A stretch of 63,491 bases of DNA, counting the filler, from Octopus bimaculoides (lineage: Eukaryota), in the NCBI RefSeq assembly GCF_001194135.2. It is 6 parts of 6 records of this genome, joined end to end, with 100 filler letters (N's around TTAATTAATTAA, not from the genome) between each part and the next. Parts side by side here need not be neighbours in the genome. Positions count along the whole stretch, not along the records: positions 1 to 28,433 come from NC_068981.1; 5 more parts are not named here. One strand, 5' to 3'. The position numbers and the translations under genes are program-made. Positions 1-11,636 of this stretch are shown one piece after another. The notes under the pieces are model-generated. The model was not told where the DNA came from and ran no database searches. It worked only from the letters and a program-made list of their open reading frames with translations. Position 1 is the stretch's first letter. The number at the start of each line of letters is the position of its first letter.

Positions 1-139
1 TATGTATGTATGTATTTATATGCATATATATACATTCACACAAACGCACATACACACGCGTATATGTATAATATGTATATAACTCTTTTTACTATAGACG
101 CATTGCCTAAAATTTGTGGGGAAGGAAAGAGTTGGCAGC

Positions 140-640
140 ATCGAGCCAGTGCTCATTTGGTACTTAGTATAGTCGGCTGGAAATTCCCCAGGCTGACCAA
201 GATACTCTTATGGAATATGACCAAATGAAATTTATTTCTCAACATAGTCCTCTTTCACTCCGTGCACTGTTTCCATCGGTGTTGCAGTGGCTGGACCTCA
301 TTAATGAAGTAGCTGTATTCATGTTGTTCAAAGCAGCCACCAACAACAGATATGACATCTCTATCACTGCGTTACTACTTCCCAGTCAAGCAGTTCATTT
401 TTTTATGTTGGGGAACAGATGATTGTCAGTTGAGTTCAAGTCAGAGAAAGACGGAGGGTGATCACATACTTCAAAGTCACAGTCACACGCAGCACCATTG
501 GAACAAGGACGTGTGATGGAGCATTGTGCAGATGAAACAGGACGCATTTCGTCAGTTTTCCTGAGCGTTTGGTCTTGATAACCTGGAAAGAAACAGTGCA
601 GTTAATAATAAGAAGGGTTGAAATTAATGAAGGCAATATT
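140..640 (-). mobile_element. Mariner transposase 3' relic
   Basis: Minus-strand KLTKCVLFHLHNAPSH resembles the mariner VLFHQDNAPxH motif. Frameshifted LFPNIK and LQHRW-like C-terminal remnants follow. Confidence 0.7.
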
Positions 641-728
641 TCAAAGCCCTAGCATTACTCCTTCATAGTTACCCTATGACATTTTCAGATCATCTTCGTA
701 TAAGCATGCATATTGTGTGGCGAGTGAA

Positions 729-1128
729 GGTGCAATGGCCCAGTGGTTAGGGCAGCGGACTCGCGGTCATAGGATCGCTGCTTCGATTCCCAGACCGGGC
801 GTTGTGAATGTTTATTGAGCGAAAACACCTAAAGCTCCACGAGGCTCCGGCAGGCTCCGGCAGGCTCCGGCAGGGGATGGTGGCGAACCCTGCTGTACTC
901 TTTCACCACAACTTTCCGTCAGTCTTACTTCCTGTTTCTGGAAGTGTGTGACAAGAGTCAGCCTTGTCACACTGTGTCACACTGAATATTCCCGAAAACT
1001 ACGTTAAGGGTATACGTGTCTGTGGTGTGCTCAGCTACTTGCACGTTAATTTCACGAGCAGGCTGTTCCGTTGATCGGATCAACTGGAACCCTCGACGTC
1101 GTAAGCGACGGAGTGCCAACACACACAC
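729..1128 (+). mobile_element. tRNA-derived SINE (family C here), near full length
   Basis: A box TGGCCCAGTGG, B-box-like CTTCGATTCC, internal (AGGCTCCGGC)x3 and a CA tail. A related copy lies at 39500-39800. Confidence 0.8.
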
Positions 1129-1425
1129 TGTGTGGCGAATAACATCTCGACGTAATGTTTCCAATATTCCTCTAGTTTCCTAACACTGGAGGAAGTTTTG
1201 GTAACCATCTTAACATTTGACATTGAAAGATGATATTAATTGGTTTAAATTTTTTCCAGACATTTTATGATTCAAATATCCCCATAGGCAATACAATCAT
1301 AACCATTTCATAGCAAGTAAAAGAAAATATAATTATAAAAGTGCATCCATTTATACGAGTAACACAGACCATAATTTTGAGGTGATGTTGTTGACTTATT
1401 TTAATGATATATGTTTTATCAACAG

Positions 1426-1501
1426 TGTAAAACCTAGAGGAACGAATTTAGAAGACCAGGCATTTTTCCAGTCCAGTGGGACGTGGGACTTTAGATTGAG
1501 A
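1426..1501 (+). CDS. Internal coding exon 1 of an unidentified host gene (phase 2 to 0): VKPRGTNLEDQAFFQSSGTWDFRLR
   Basis: Acceptor tgttttatcaacAG, donor AGA|gtatgt. Only one frame is open and it is phase-compatible with 1609-1648. Confidence 0.6.
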
Positions 1502-1608
1502 GTATGTAATAAGTTAATAAAACTGCAGCCATGCACACACACACACACACATGTTGATGTCACGAGTAAATAAAAAAATTGTGTTTACTCATTTTCATTA
1601 AGAAATAG

Positions 1609-1648
1609 AGGTCCAAATGTCACAAAAATTTGTTGTGCACTGCCGAAG
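1609..1648 (+). CDS. Internal coding exon 2 (phase 0 to 1): RSKCHKNLLCTAE
   Basis: Consensus donor AAG|gtaagt at 1649 and acceptor ttttcattaagaaatAG. Its phase bridges the exons at 1426-1501 and 4248-4282. Confidence 0.6.
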
Positions 1649-1745
1649 GTAAGTATAAAAAGAAATATGCAAAAAAAGAAAAAATTAAGGTAAAATATAC
1701 TATTTTTGAGATATTTCGGGAACACACAAACATCCCTAGAGTCTT

Positions 1746-1872
1746 GAGTGGCTGTGTGGTAAGTAGTTTGCTTACCAACCACATGGTTCTGGGTTCAGTC
1801 ACATTGCGTGGCACCTTGGCCAAGTGTCTTCTACTATAGCTTCGGGCCGATCAAAGCTTTGTGAGTGGATCT
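1746..1872 (+). mobile_element. tRNA-derived SINE (family B) 5' half with CORE-like segment
   Basis: GAGTGGCTGTGTGGTAAG...GGTTCAGTC...CACCTTGGCCAAGTGTCTTCTACTATAGC, repeated at 16885, 28565, 58640 and 61656. Confidence 0.8.
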
Positions 1873-2406
1873 GTATGCATATATGTATGTGTAGTGGAAT
1901 ATATAGACAGTACAAGGTGTTGATGTGGCTGTTTGTATGTTATTACAAGAGTTCATACACAGATGAAAGAATAAATTCAAGATCTATACATTTACTAAAT
2001 AAAAATATATGTAAATCTTCTATCGCTTCGAATACGTTGCATCAAATTGTAAAAAAAGTAATCTATGCAAGAAAGTTCAGAGATTGGAAATGTAGAACAA
2101 CAGCGAAGTGGTGACTTTCAGTCATCTCAGCTATGGAGCGTAGAGAAATAGACGGACATAGCAACGACGTGAATGGCTCTAGGTCTAATCGACTAAGAAG
2201 CAAAAAGTTGGATTAGCGAGCTGCTTTTATTAATGAAACGCTAGACATTCCAGAAACTTCCAAGAGAAACGCCAAAATTCTTGAATAATTAAGAATCACG
2301 TCTCATGACAACGGTGCCTCGAGAAGCTTAGAAAAGGGATGTTACTCTATGTTCTTTCTTGCAAGGGAGATCATTCAACTATCTAGCTGCATACACCGCT
2401 ACATAT

Positions 2407-2407
<1 letters not shown>

Positions 2408-2498
<91 letters not shown>
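2408..2498. repeat. (CA)n microsatellite, one of dozens of CA/AT/ATAC/AGAT/AAT/TTC tracts in the window
   Basis: Direct observation. Confidence 0.95.
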
Positions 2499-2500
<2 letters not shown>

Positions 2501-4247
2501 ATGCAGTGTATATTACGTTACTCCTTATTTCGAATCGACATTATATGTGTAAAAATATCGTCACATGTCAGATTTCGAAGTGATCGCAGAGTGACGTGAA
2601 ATTAATTGCTTTTCTCAAAAGAAAACACATCACCCAGTCCGCGAATCGAAGCTGCAATCTCATGTTCCTGATTGCACATTCTAACAACTAGGCCACGTGC
2701 ACTCACTGCATATGTGTCTGTAAATGTGTGCAAGTGTATATGTGTTTCTCTGTGTTTGTGTGTGTGTGTGTGTGTGCGCAGGAATTTACTATTAGTATAT
2801 AGTTGTGGTCATAATGCTGGCTTCACCGAACCTTATAGCATGTCTTGATTACTTTTATGTTATACCCTGTTGTATTACCCTGTGGTACGGCGAGTTCTGT
2901 CTAGAGTTACGTGTCTTCGGAATTTCCCATTGACAAAAGATAAGAAGCTAGAAATGCCGATGTCTTGGAATCCTTATAGATGGCGTCACTGGACAGATGT
3001 CGTGATTTTAGACTTTTTTACCATAAGGAAACAATTTTTCCACGGCAAGTGCAGTGTATTTCCTTATGAAAGCGTTTGAAACATGTCACAAGCATATTCT
3101 AACTAACCTAAACTTTGCATATATATATATATATATATATATATANNNNNNNNNNNNNNNNNNNNNNNNNNNNNNNNNNNNNNNNNNNNNNNNNNNNNNN
3201 NNNNNNNNNNNNNNNNNNNNNNNNNNNNNNNNNNNNNNNNNNNNNNNNNNNNNNNNNNNNNNNNNNNNNNNNNNNNNNNNNNNNNNNNNNNNNNNNNNNN
3301 NNNNNNNNNNNNNNNNNNNNNNNNNNNNNNNNNNNNNNNNNNNNNNNNNNNNNNNNNNNNNNNNNNNNNNNNNNNNNNNNNNNNNNNNNNNNNNNNNNNN
3401 NNNNNNNNNNNNNNNNNNNNNNNNNNNNNNNNNNNNNNNNNNNNNNNNNNNNNNNNNNNNNNNNNNNNNNNNNNNNNNNNNNNNNNNNNNNNNNNNNNNN
3501 NNNNNNNNNNNNNNNNNNNNNNNNNNNNNNNNNNNNNNNNNNNNNNNNNNNNNNNNNNNNNNNNNNNNNNNNNNNNNNNNNNNNNNNNNNNNNNNNNNNN
3601 NNNNNNNNNNNNNNNNNNNNNNNNNNNNNNNNNNNNNNNNNNNNNNNNNNNNNNNNNNNNNNNNNNNNNNNNNNNNNNNNNNNNNNNNNNNNNNNNNNNN
3701 NNNNNNNNNNNNNNNNNNNNNNNNNNNNNNNNNNNNNNNNNNNNNNNNNNNNNNNNNNNNNNNNNNNNNNNNNNNNNNNNNNNNNNNNNNNNNNNNNNNN
3801 NNNNNNNNNNNNNNNNNNNNNNNNNNNNNNNNNNNNNNNNNNNNNNNNNNNNNNNNNNNNNNNNNNNNNNNNNNNNNNNNNNNNNNNNNNNNNNNNNNNN
3901 NNNNNNNNNNNNNNNNNNNNNNNNNNNNNNNNNNNNNNNNNNNNNNNNNNNNNNNNNNNNNNNNNNNNNNNNNNNNNNNNNNNNNNNNNNNNNNNNNNNN
4001 NNACACACACACACACACACACACGCACACACATACACACACACACACACATACACACAGAGTCACACTCAATGATATTTGGCACTTTTCAATTTCCTTT
4101 CAACTTTACCATGATACTATGAAACGTACTGGTTATCAACCAAAACATGTATCGATTACAATATTTGGTACAATTATTTATACAATATTCAATGCTCTTT
4201 ATTAGTCATTGAAATTGTGTATAATTTTCTCTATTCTTCCTGTACAG

Positions 4248-4282
4248 ATAGCATTTGGGTAATGAATGGCAACGAGGATACG
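4248..4282 (+). CDS. Internal coding exon 3 (phase 1 to 0): (D)SIWVMNGNEDT
   Basis: Strong acceptor ttttctctattcttcctgtacAG and donor ACG|gtaagt. Only the phase-1 frame is open. Confidence 0.65.
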
Positions 4283-4445
4283 GTAAGTCCTGCTTTATCA
4301 TTGTGCAGCATTACCATAAAATAATGCCACATACTTTCATTACAAAGTCAAATATTTTGAATTGTTTCATAATTGCTGAGCTTTTTGCAAGTATATACAA
4401 ATGTAGCCAGTAGAGATTTCTCTTTGTTATTCACAGATACGAAAA

Positions 4446-4484
4446 ATGAATAATAATAATAATAATAACAATAATAATAATGAC

Positions 4485-4543
<59 letters not shown>

Positions 4544-4625
4544 TAACAACAACAACAACAACAACAACAACAATAAAACAACAACAAGAAAAACAACAAC
4601 AACAACAACAACAACAATAATAATG

Positions 4626-4661
<36 letters not shown>

Positions 4662-4740
4662 GTAAGTAAGTAAGTAAGTAAGTAATAATAATAATAATGT
4701 TGATGATGATAATTACTACATCTACAACAAAAGCAAGCAA
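4446..4740. repeat. Compound (AAT)n/(AAC)n/(AGTA)n microsatellite
   Basis: Direct observation. Confidence 0.95.
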
Positions 4741-4770
4741 CAAAATCAACCGCAGCAACAATAACAACAA

Positions 4771-4985
4771 CGGGCTTCAAATGTTGGCACAAATCTAGCA
4801 ATTTCAGGAGAATGGGGTAGGCAATTATATAGACCCCAGTGTTCAACAAGTACTTCTTTTAGCCACCCCAAAAGGATAAAAGGTAAAGTCGACCTTGGCA
4901 GAATTTGAACAGAACGTAAAAGACGGACGAAATGCTGCAAAAGATTTAGCCCGGAGTGTTAACGATTCTGCCTGCTCGCTGCCTT
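4771..4985 (-). mobile_element. tRNA-derived SINE (family A)
   Basis: The reverse complement starts AAGGCAGCGAGCAGGCAGAATCGTTAAC and matches the copy at 16252. Confidence 0.8.
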
Positions 4986-5009
4986 AGCAAAAACAACAAT
5001 GTATTCTTT

Positions 5010-6060
5010 ATTAACCACTAAGAGTTCACAGAAAAAATGAGGATGGGTATAGGACAATGTATTGAGGGGTTACATAAAATGAAACAAAATGTAAACGTGT
5101 AACAACGATAAATTCCCGACAAAAGAAGACTTCTTAGGGTTCCTCGTGAAGATCCTATAAAATCACGGCCGCCCTGACCAATGGAGCACATGTCCTCTCC
5201 ACATCCTCCTCCTTTAATATACAGGCGCATGCTTAGAACAAGCTCGTTCACTAGGAGCATTCTAGCAACATTCATCCCACTTTTTACAAAACTGCTGAGA
5301 GGTAGTATTTCCATCTCTACCTTCATCTCCCTATTCAAGTGAAACATAAAAATGTTAATGAGGGTTAATCAAAGACGAAAATATAAGTTTTCAGCCTTTG
5401 CAATTTGGTCCACCCTACAATCTCTTTCGCGAAGGTCACCAGTCAATCTTCACAATAAACTTAGTCGATAGACGGGTCCATCCTACGCGTGACAGCAAGT
5501 ACTTGACATAAAACTACAAGTCGGCAATGCTTGGACACTGGTCGACTGTGCGCAGAACAGTTTCTTTGCTCTTTGCGCATCTCGGGCACTTCCATGCCTG
5601 TAGAGTTTATCCCGAACCGACAATACACCCGGTGAGAATAGTTGCCAAGTATTGGTGATCGACCCTATCGGAGGCTTCAGACTGATCGCAATTGATGAGA
5701 GTCTCACCCATTTCAGCTTCTTCACCTACCCTGTTTATGATGTAGCGCATGGTGGTTTTCGTGGTTGGGTCTGCTTGGAATTGTGCATGTTTGCGCCAAA
5801 CAGCTAACACATTGGCCAACATTTTGAAATCTGCTTTTAGCAGAGTTATGAGCCTAAAATTTTCTCTCAGAACCCGGTTGTTTGGGTTCTTTCTCACTTC
5901 TCAACGCACAGAACTAAGAATTCTCCGGTTCTGTTGTCACTTGCGGTAGATACCTGCTAAGCGACCGCTAAAGCAAAGCTCGTAGGACAGACTATCCAAA
6001 CCAGAAAATTTGCCCCTAACACGCGCAGCCCATCGTCGCATTCTCATTTTCGTCCCAAAA
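5010..6060 (-). mobile_element. L1/Tx1-like LINE reverse transcriptase relic
   Basis: NFRLITLLKADFKMLANVLA ... INCDQSEASDRVDHQYL matches RT motifs YRPIxLLNxDYKILAK and LDQEKAFDRV. Frameshifted. Confidence 0.8.
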
Positions 6061-6231
6061 TGTTGGGCAAAGTGTTATCGAAATGCTTCACATATCTGCT
6101 CGGACTCGAGTACCATGTGTCTATTTTGGTCCACCAAAGATCGAATTGTGAATTTGTTGTCACTCTGTCACACGTGATTTTAGAAACGAGAGTCATATAT
6201 TTATGCCTAATTAATAGCGACGGAATTATAG

Positions 6232-6331
6232 AAAGTTATTTTCATTTCGAATGGAAATTTTAGCAAAGCAATCGAGGTAGTTTCTACAAGTGGTTCTACC
6301 TTGAATAAGAATCCTGAACTCATCTCGGTAT
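6232..6331 (+). CDS. Candidate exon 4: KVIFISNGNFSKAIEVVSTSGSTLNKNPELIS(V); donor at 6328 (gtatgt) or 6332 (gtaagc)
   Basis: The frame opens right after the AG at 6230-6231 and starts in phase 0, matching exon 3. There are two adjacent donor motifs; the acceptor tract is only moderate. Confidence 0.45.
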
Positions 6332-6802
6332 GTAAGCGTAAAACTTATGTAATATATCTACATTACAGACCAACTGTGTATCCAAAGGGGTGATAAATCT
6401 TTATCAGTCAGATTTTTCACATTTTCAAGCATGATTGTGCCTTATTTTAGAATATTTAGAATACGTAGAGAAAATATTCAAAAAATTTGATATATGAATA
6501 TTTGTATATCAGTATGCTCTTATGTTTCCTTTTCAGGTTTGCTATTATGAGCTTTAACATGATTTAACTCAATAATATTTGATTTCAATTGGTACATTAT
6601 TACCCTATTTAATCAATTCATTAAACAATTTATCAATCATATTAATCCATATACATCCAAATATTTAGAAATTTGTAGTTGATCATATTAATACAAATAC
6701 ATGCATTTAAAAATCGATTATCGAGTAGCTTTTTGTTAAGTAGGTTCCCTTTAACTAAGATTGTATAAGGTCATTTGACTGTCTATTTCTAATTCTTTGA
6801 AG

Positions 6803-6894
6803 TTAAATATCGTGGAGAAACTGTTTTGACTGTTAGGAATCGAATATCCAAAGGAGCAATTTATGCATTAGCAAAAGCGGAAACTCTTTGCTAA
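6803..6894 (+). CDS. Candidate terminal exon: (F)KYRGETVLTVRNRISKGAIYALAKAETLC*
   Basis: Acceptor ctatttctaattctttgaAG. The phase-1 frame is open for 29 codons to TAA at 6892-6894, with AATAAA at 6948-6953. An alternative terminal exon 6537-6557 (VCYYEL*) follows a strong acceptor tatgtttccttttcAG. Confidence 0.4.
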
Positions 6895-6947
6895 ACATTA
6901 TATTTCCCCGCCATTACATTCTTGTTGTAAGATAATCATTCATTTTC

Positions 6948-6953
6948 AATAAA
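6948..6953 (+). promoter_or_regulatory. Possible polyadenylation signal AATAAA
   Basis: Lies 54 nt after the candidate stop codon. AATAAA is common by chance in AT-rich DNA. Confidence 0.25.
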
Positions 6954-7268
6954 CCGTATATTCTACATGTATTACGCATTCATTTCACATCTATTCAGCA
7001 GAAACGAGCGTTGCTACACACTCACACACACACACACACACACACACTCACTCACACACAGACACACACACAGACACATACGTGTGCGCGCGTACGTGTG
7101 TTTGCGTTTGTGTGTTTGCGTTTGTGTGTTTGCGTTTGTGTGTATGTATAAGGCGCGTCTAAGATTCCGAGGTAGATTATACAATAGATGTTTTCATATT
7201 GTCTAACCTGATACACATACTTTCAGACACACACACACACACACACACACACACANNNNNNNNNNNNN

Positions 7269-7357
<89 letters not shown>

Positions 7358-10249
7358 ATAACATTTAGATATAAAATTCTATAGAGAGCAAATAAACATA
7401 ATCGCATGTCTGAAATGTCAAACCGATGTCCTTATCTGAAGTTGTTAGAAGCAGGATAAATCGATTAATTGAAAATGGAAATAAATCCTTTAGTGGAATT
7501 TTTTTTCCTTTTGAAAGTGGTGTAATTATAAGGCTGATTTGAAACATATCCATGAGACAAATATGTTTTGGTATGTAATGCACTACTGAATGCTGTTTAT
7601 AATGGGAAACTTCTACATATCGATAAACTGAGTTTGCAACACAAGTTTTCTTATTTAATTCCCTTTGTTTCCATATACGTATTGATACTTTTTGAACAGT
7701 TTATAAGATTAAAATGACTCGATTCTGATATGTTTTTGTATGTCTTTCTATATGTTAGCAATATGGTTCATCATTCTTATAAATCTCATTTTTCATATCT
7801 TTCTGATTTTATTGAAGGCTGAGTTAAATCAAACATTTGTTGTTATTGTTTGACTCAAATTGGCCTCGATGGAACTGTACTTTGAAAAAATGTATTCCAT
7901 CCGTGATTCTCTCGTCTAAGTCTATCTTATTTAAGGGATTCATTTTGGTATTTAAGACGGCAGAGTATTATCGAATGGAATTGTGGCTGCTATTTCTAGT
8001 ACTCCGAAGGACCATGCACTGGTTTCTAACTTTAATATTTTCCACCTAAATATGGAGACTGACTTTTTCTATGGTACACATATGAAATTTCTGCAATTCT
8101 TTCTACAATGAAGCAGCTATATAGTGTATCAAAGTTCAAATTTAAAATTTAAATACTTAACAATATTTAAAATTAACAAATCATTTTAGTATTGTTTTCA
8201 GGAGTCTTTAAATGTGAGATATTGAAAACAGAAATATTTGTGGCATGGAATTTTAAGACCTGTAAGATTAAAAAAGACAGCACTTTTTTAAAAATGAAAA
8301 TGTAACCTTTGGCGATGTAAGAAAAGATACCAAATTATAAAGAATAAACAATATTTTGAATGGGTTTCATAGCTGATTAAGAAATTGTTCTAAAAGTTTT
8401 TTTTTTCTAATTGTATAAATTTCTATCAAATAACAAGATTGAAAGTTTCTACTGAAACATCTTAATAGAATATTATAATCAGAAAAAGAAGGATTTTTCA
8501 AAAATACGTTTTTATCATTCTATAAAATGAAAGTCTTTTTCCTTCACAAGAACTCACTCGGGAAAGAGCAATGAATTCCAACATAGATAAATGACTATGA
8601 TATACCTAGTGTTTCATCACTTCTGGGTGGATTTGACCTCTTACAGGTGTGAATTTAGAATCAGAACTTAAACAACGTAACTAAATACCACAGCATTACT
8701 CCGCAATCTATTGCGACAGAAACGCCTTTTGTCACAAGTTTACTTGATTAGAACTGTTCTTGGGCTAAATGATAGAATCGGTATGGAGGAAGAAAGAGTT
8801 CTATAGGGTTCTTGAATTAAAAGGTCAATATTTTGTTAGTTTCATTAAGATATTTATATTTTTATCAAGTACGTTTAATGCCTATTGTATAAGTTATATT
8901 GATATTGTTTACAAGGTATTATTGCCAATTAATAAGCGACTTAAATATTAAATATTTAAATGAAATATATTTAAATGAAATATTATTTAAATGAAACGTG
9001 ATATTTTTTTCTACTAAACATAACTTTGTCGGTTAAGTTTTTCATGTGACTTTATTTCCACCTGCCTTTATATTTAGTTCAGATCATTAAGTATAAATGA
9101 GAGATTAAAACTTGACAACATTCCTTATACTAATTTAGAATTCATATAGTAGATTGGGTGAGGGACGTGAGTACAGTCGTTTTATGAAAATGTTTTATGT
9201 TGCTTGGAAACAAACGTAGGGAGTATCTAGTGCACCTATGTACACATATATAAGTGAGTTATAGGATGCCTGTGCTTCTGAAAATTTCATAAAATTCGAT
9301 ATTGAATATTTGTATCAGAATACCAAAGATGTAAAAAGGAAAAACTCTTTTTATATCCGGGGATACATTGTCCTGTGTGTGTGGTCTTTCTGTCTTTAAA
9401 GCTGATTTGTGTGATGTGTGGGTGTTATCTCATGCATTAAGAACGACCAAGTATCGTCTTCCATATTGGCATTGCCATGAATTAGGGACATTGCAGCTGA
9501 AGATCACATACTAGTTTTGTGAAGTGGACGGCATGTGTTGTAGGCGTCTCTCCTTCTCATTTTATTAAATAGTATATTTACTCTTGTTGGAAAGTGGACC
9601 ATCAATTAACTAGGGACACACCTCACAAAAGTTCTGGTGGAACATTTAATTATTTACTTATTGAATTATATTTCTTGAATAACTTTTCTCATCTAACAAA
9701 TCATTGTTGTGTCAAAGCATAATATAAAAAAAACATATAAAATGTCTCCATGGAAATGTAATCAAATTTTGTTTTAAATGTTCGACGCTAATGTCTTGTT
9801 TTCTGAAAATAATTATAGCTCTCTGCACCATTTAAATTATATTAAATAAAACAAAACAAGCTATTTCTATTTTCAAAGGTACAATTAATTACTATAATAG
9901 ACTTTCAAACATCAAATGAAATGTAACACAAAAATACTAAACGATAATAAATTGGATCTTAATAGGTTATCATGTTATAATATTTTAGCTGTTGCAAAAA
10001 TCATATTCGTGTATAAATGGTAGACATAAATGTAAAGTTATACAAACGAATACCTGAAGTTTATTTTTATTTGTCATAGAACAAAGAGAAGTGCACATTG
10101 TCTCGGCAAAAGTAGCATCGATTAAATTTGAGATGTTGATATTCAGATTTAAATAGTATAGTGTCATCCACAGGATCGACGAGAAGGGTTGGTTGTGAGG
10201 GCTTAATTTGTTATTTGAAAGAGCAAGACGCAATACAGACGAGACGACA

Positions 10250-10680
10250 AGTAGCAAAAAGATGACTATGCGGTATGTATTTGACTTGAAGACTGCACAA
10301 ATATTCTCATTGAGTAGAGGGCGTTGTAGAATTGAACGAAGCAGCACCGACCCCACTGAAAAAAGTAAAAAGAAGGAAGAATGTTGCTGTGAGCCAGTGT
10401 TTGCAGTGTGAGAACTGAGACTTTGCTGTTCATCCGAATGGCTTTCTTCACAAAGCGATCCAGGATATTTGCATCTTTGCTAGCAACATTCTACAGGATA
10501 TGTTAGACATACAACTAAATCTGAGCTGAAATTTACATTGGCCCTTGTCTGGTTCGAAAGGGAAGATAGTCTTTGAGGAGTTACTACTGACAACTTGGAT
10601 GGAGCTCTTGTGAGCTATTTGTATCAACTCTAAGGACTTCATACTAGTTCACTTGAATTACATTTTTCTGACGGGGGTGG
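10250..10680 (-). mobile_element. L2/Rex-like LINE C-terminal relic
   Basis: Minus-strand QRLSSLSNQTRANV ... CLTY / NVASKDANILDRFVKKA resembles the L2/Rex post-RT region (QRLYFLR ... KKDxxxLDKLxKKA). Confidence 0.45.
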
Positions 10681-11527
10681 GAGGTGAATTGACTAGACGA
10701 GTATACTGTGAATGTAGAAAGAAATTTATTAAACGCTTTTACGGTTCAATGAACATTCTCATCTACTCCTTGATACGAGCCTGTGAGGAGTTACAGTATA
10801 GATGCAACACGTGCTAAATATAGCAAACAGATCTTTTGCAACTCACATCATACACTCTTAATAAATTGTTTTCTTTTCAAAGTGTAAGAATACCAGAATG
10901 AACAATGCTGGAACGCCTTCGAACTTAAGTCTCTCTAGGACTAAATATCAACCATTATATGATGCGCCTGCAGATCTTGTCATAAATTTAAACTTTCTAT
11001 TTCAACAGTATCAAGTGTCCGGATATGGCAAGTATCTTATCGTCAGATCTCTGGTCGATAAGAACAAATATATCCACAGTAATAAATCAGCGAGCTATTT
11101 CATTTGTTTTTATAGTTTAATTCATTTAATACTGTACTCGTGAGATCTGGGTAGCGACAGTTTAATCAAATCTACCAGTGTACTGGAAGTCGGCCTTTGA
11201 AACAGAAACAACTATGAAACAAAAACAACTATGCAACTGTATTTTTCAGCAACTACAATGTGCTCGGCTACTCGTCTGACAAATTACATCAAAATGTATT
11301 GTGAAGTTGATATTTCGGTTTCTTGAATAACCGTTTTCAAGCTACATTGGCATTGAAGCCATGATATGTTCTGTTCTCTAGACACTAGAAAAGCGTCTAG
11401 CCATAATTGTTGTTTCTGAAATGCTTGCGTACATTGTCACCTATATATGTCACTAAATCGGCCATGAATAGCATTAATTAGCCTCTTTTGTTTTGAATAT
11501 CATGAAATATTAAACACTTTATAGCAA

Positions 11528-11636
11528 AGCGGCGAGCTGGCTGAATTTTAGCAAACCGGTTAAAATGCTTAATAGCATTTCGTCTCTCTTAACATCCTGA
11601 GCTCAAATTCTGCCGATGTCAAGTTTAGCTTCAATC
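11528..11636 (+). mobile_element. SINE family A 5' fragment
   Basis: GCGGCGAGCTGGCTGAA...AAATGCTTAATAGCATTTCGTC, similar to 16252. Confidence 0.7.

Noticed and set aside
729-800. tRNA-like sequences at SINE heads (also 2640-2705, 23791-23870, 54340-54425)
   Set aside because: They have A and B boxes but no paired acceptor stem and continue into SINE bodies, so they are not functional tRNA genes.
3054-4205. Long ORF-track entries rich in X, YI, TH, CV, LS or poly-residue runs (also 34308-35952, 42243-48632, 53888-56323, 59635-61412)
   Set aside because: They are translations of N gaps and microsatellites.
7960-8020. Minus-strand SAWSFGVLEIAATIPF resembling kinase subdomain IX
   Set aside because: A short isolated match bounded by stops, with no other kinase motifs or splice sites.
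9492-9533. CTGAAGA...TGTGAAG hammerhead-like string
   Set aside because: Needs several mismatches and insertions, with no convincing stem III or cleavage triplet.
10400-10610. + strand WLSSQSDPGY...GVTTDN resembling a hAT transposase
   Set aside because: The minus strand fits an L2/Rex LINE C-terminus better and the + frame has stops. It remains unresolved without a search.
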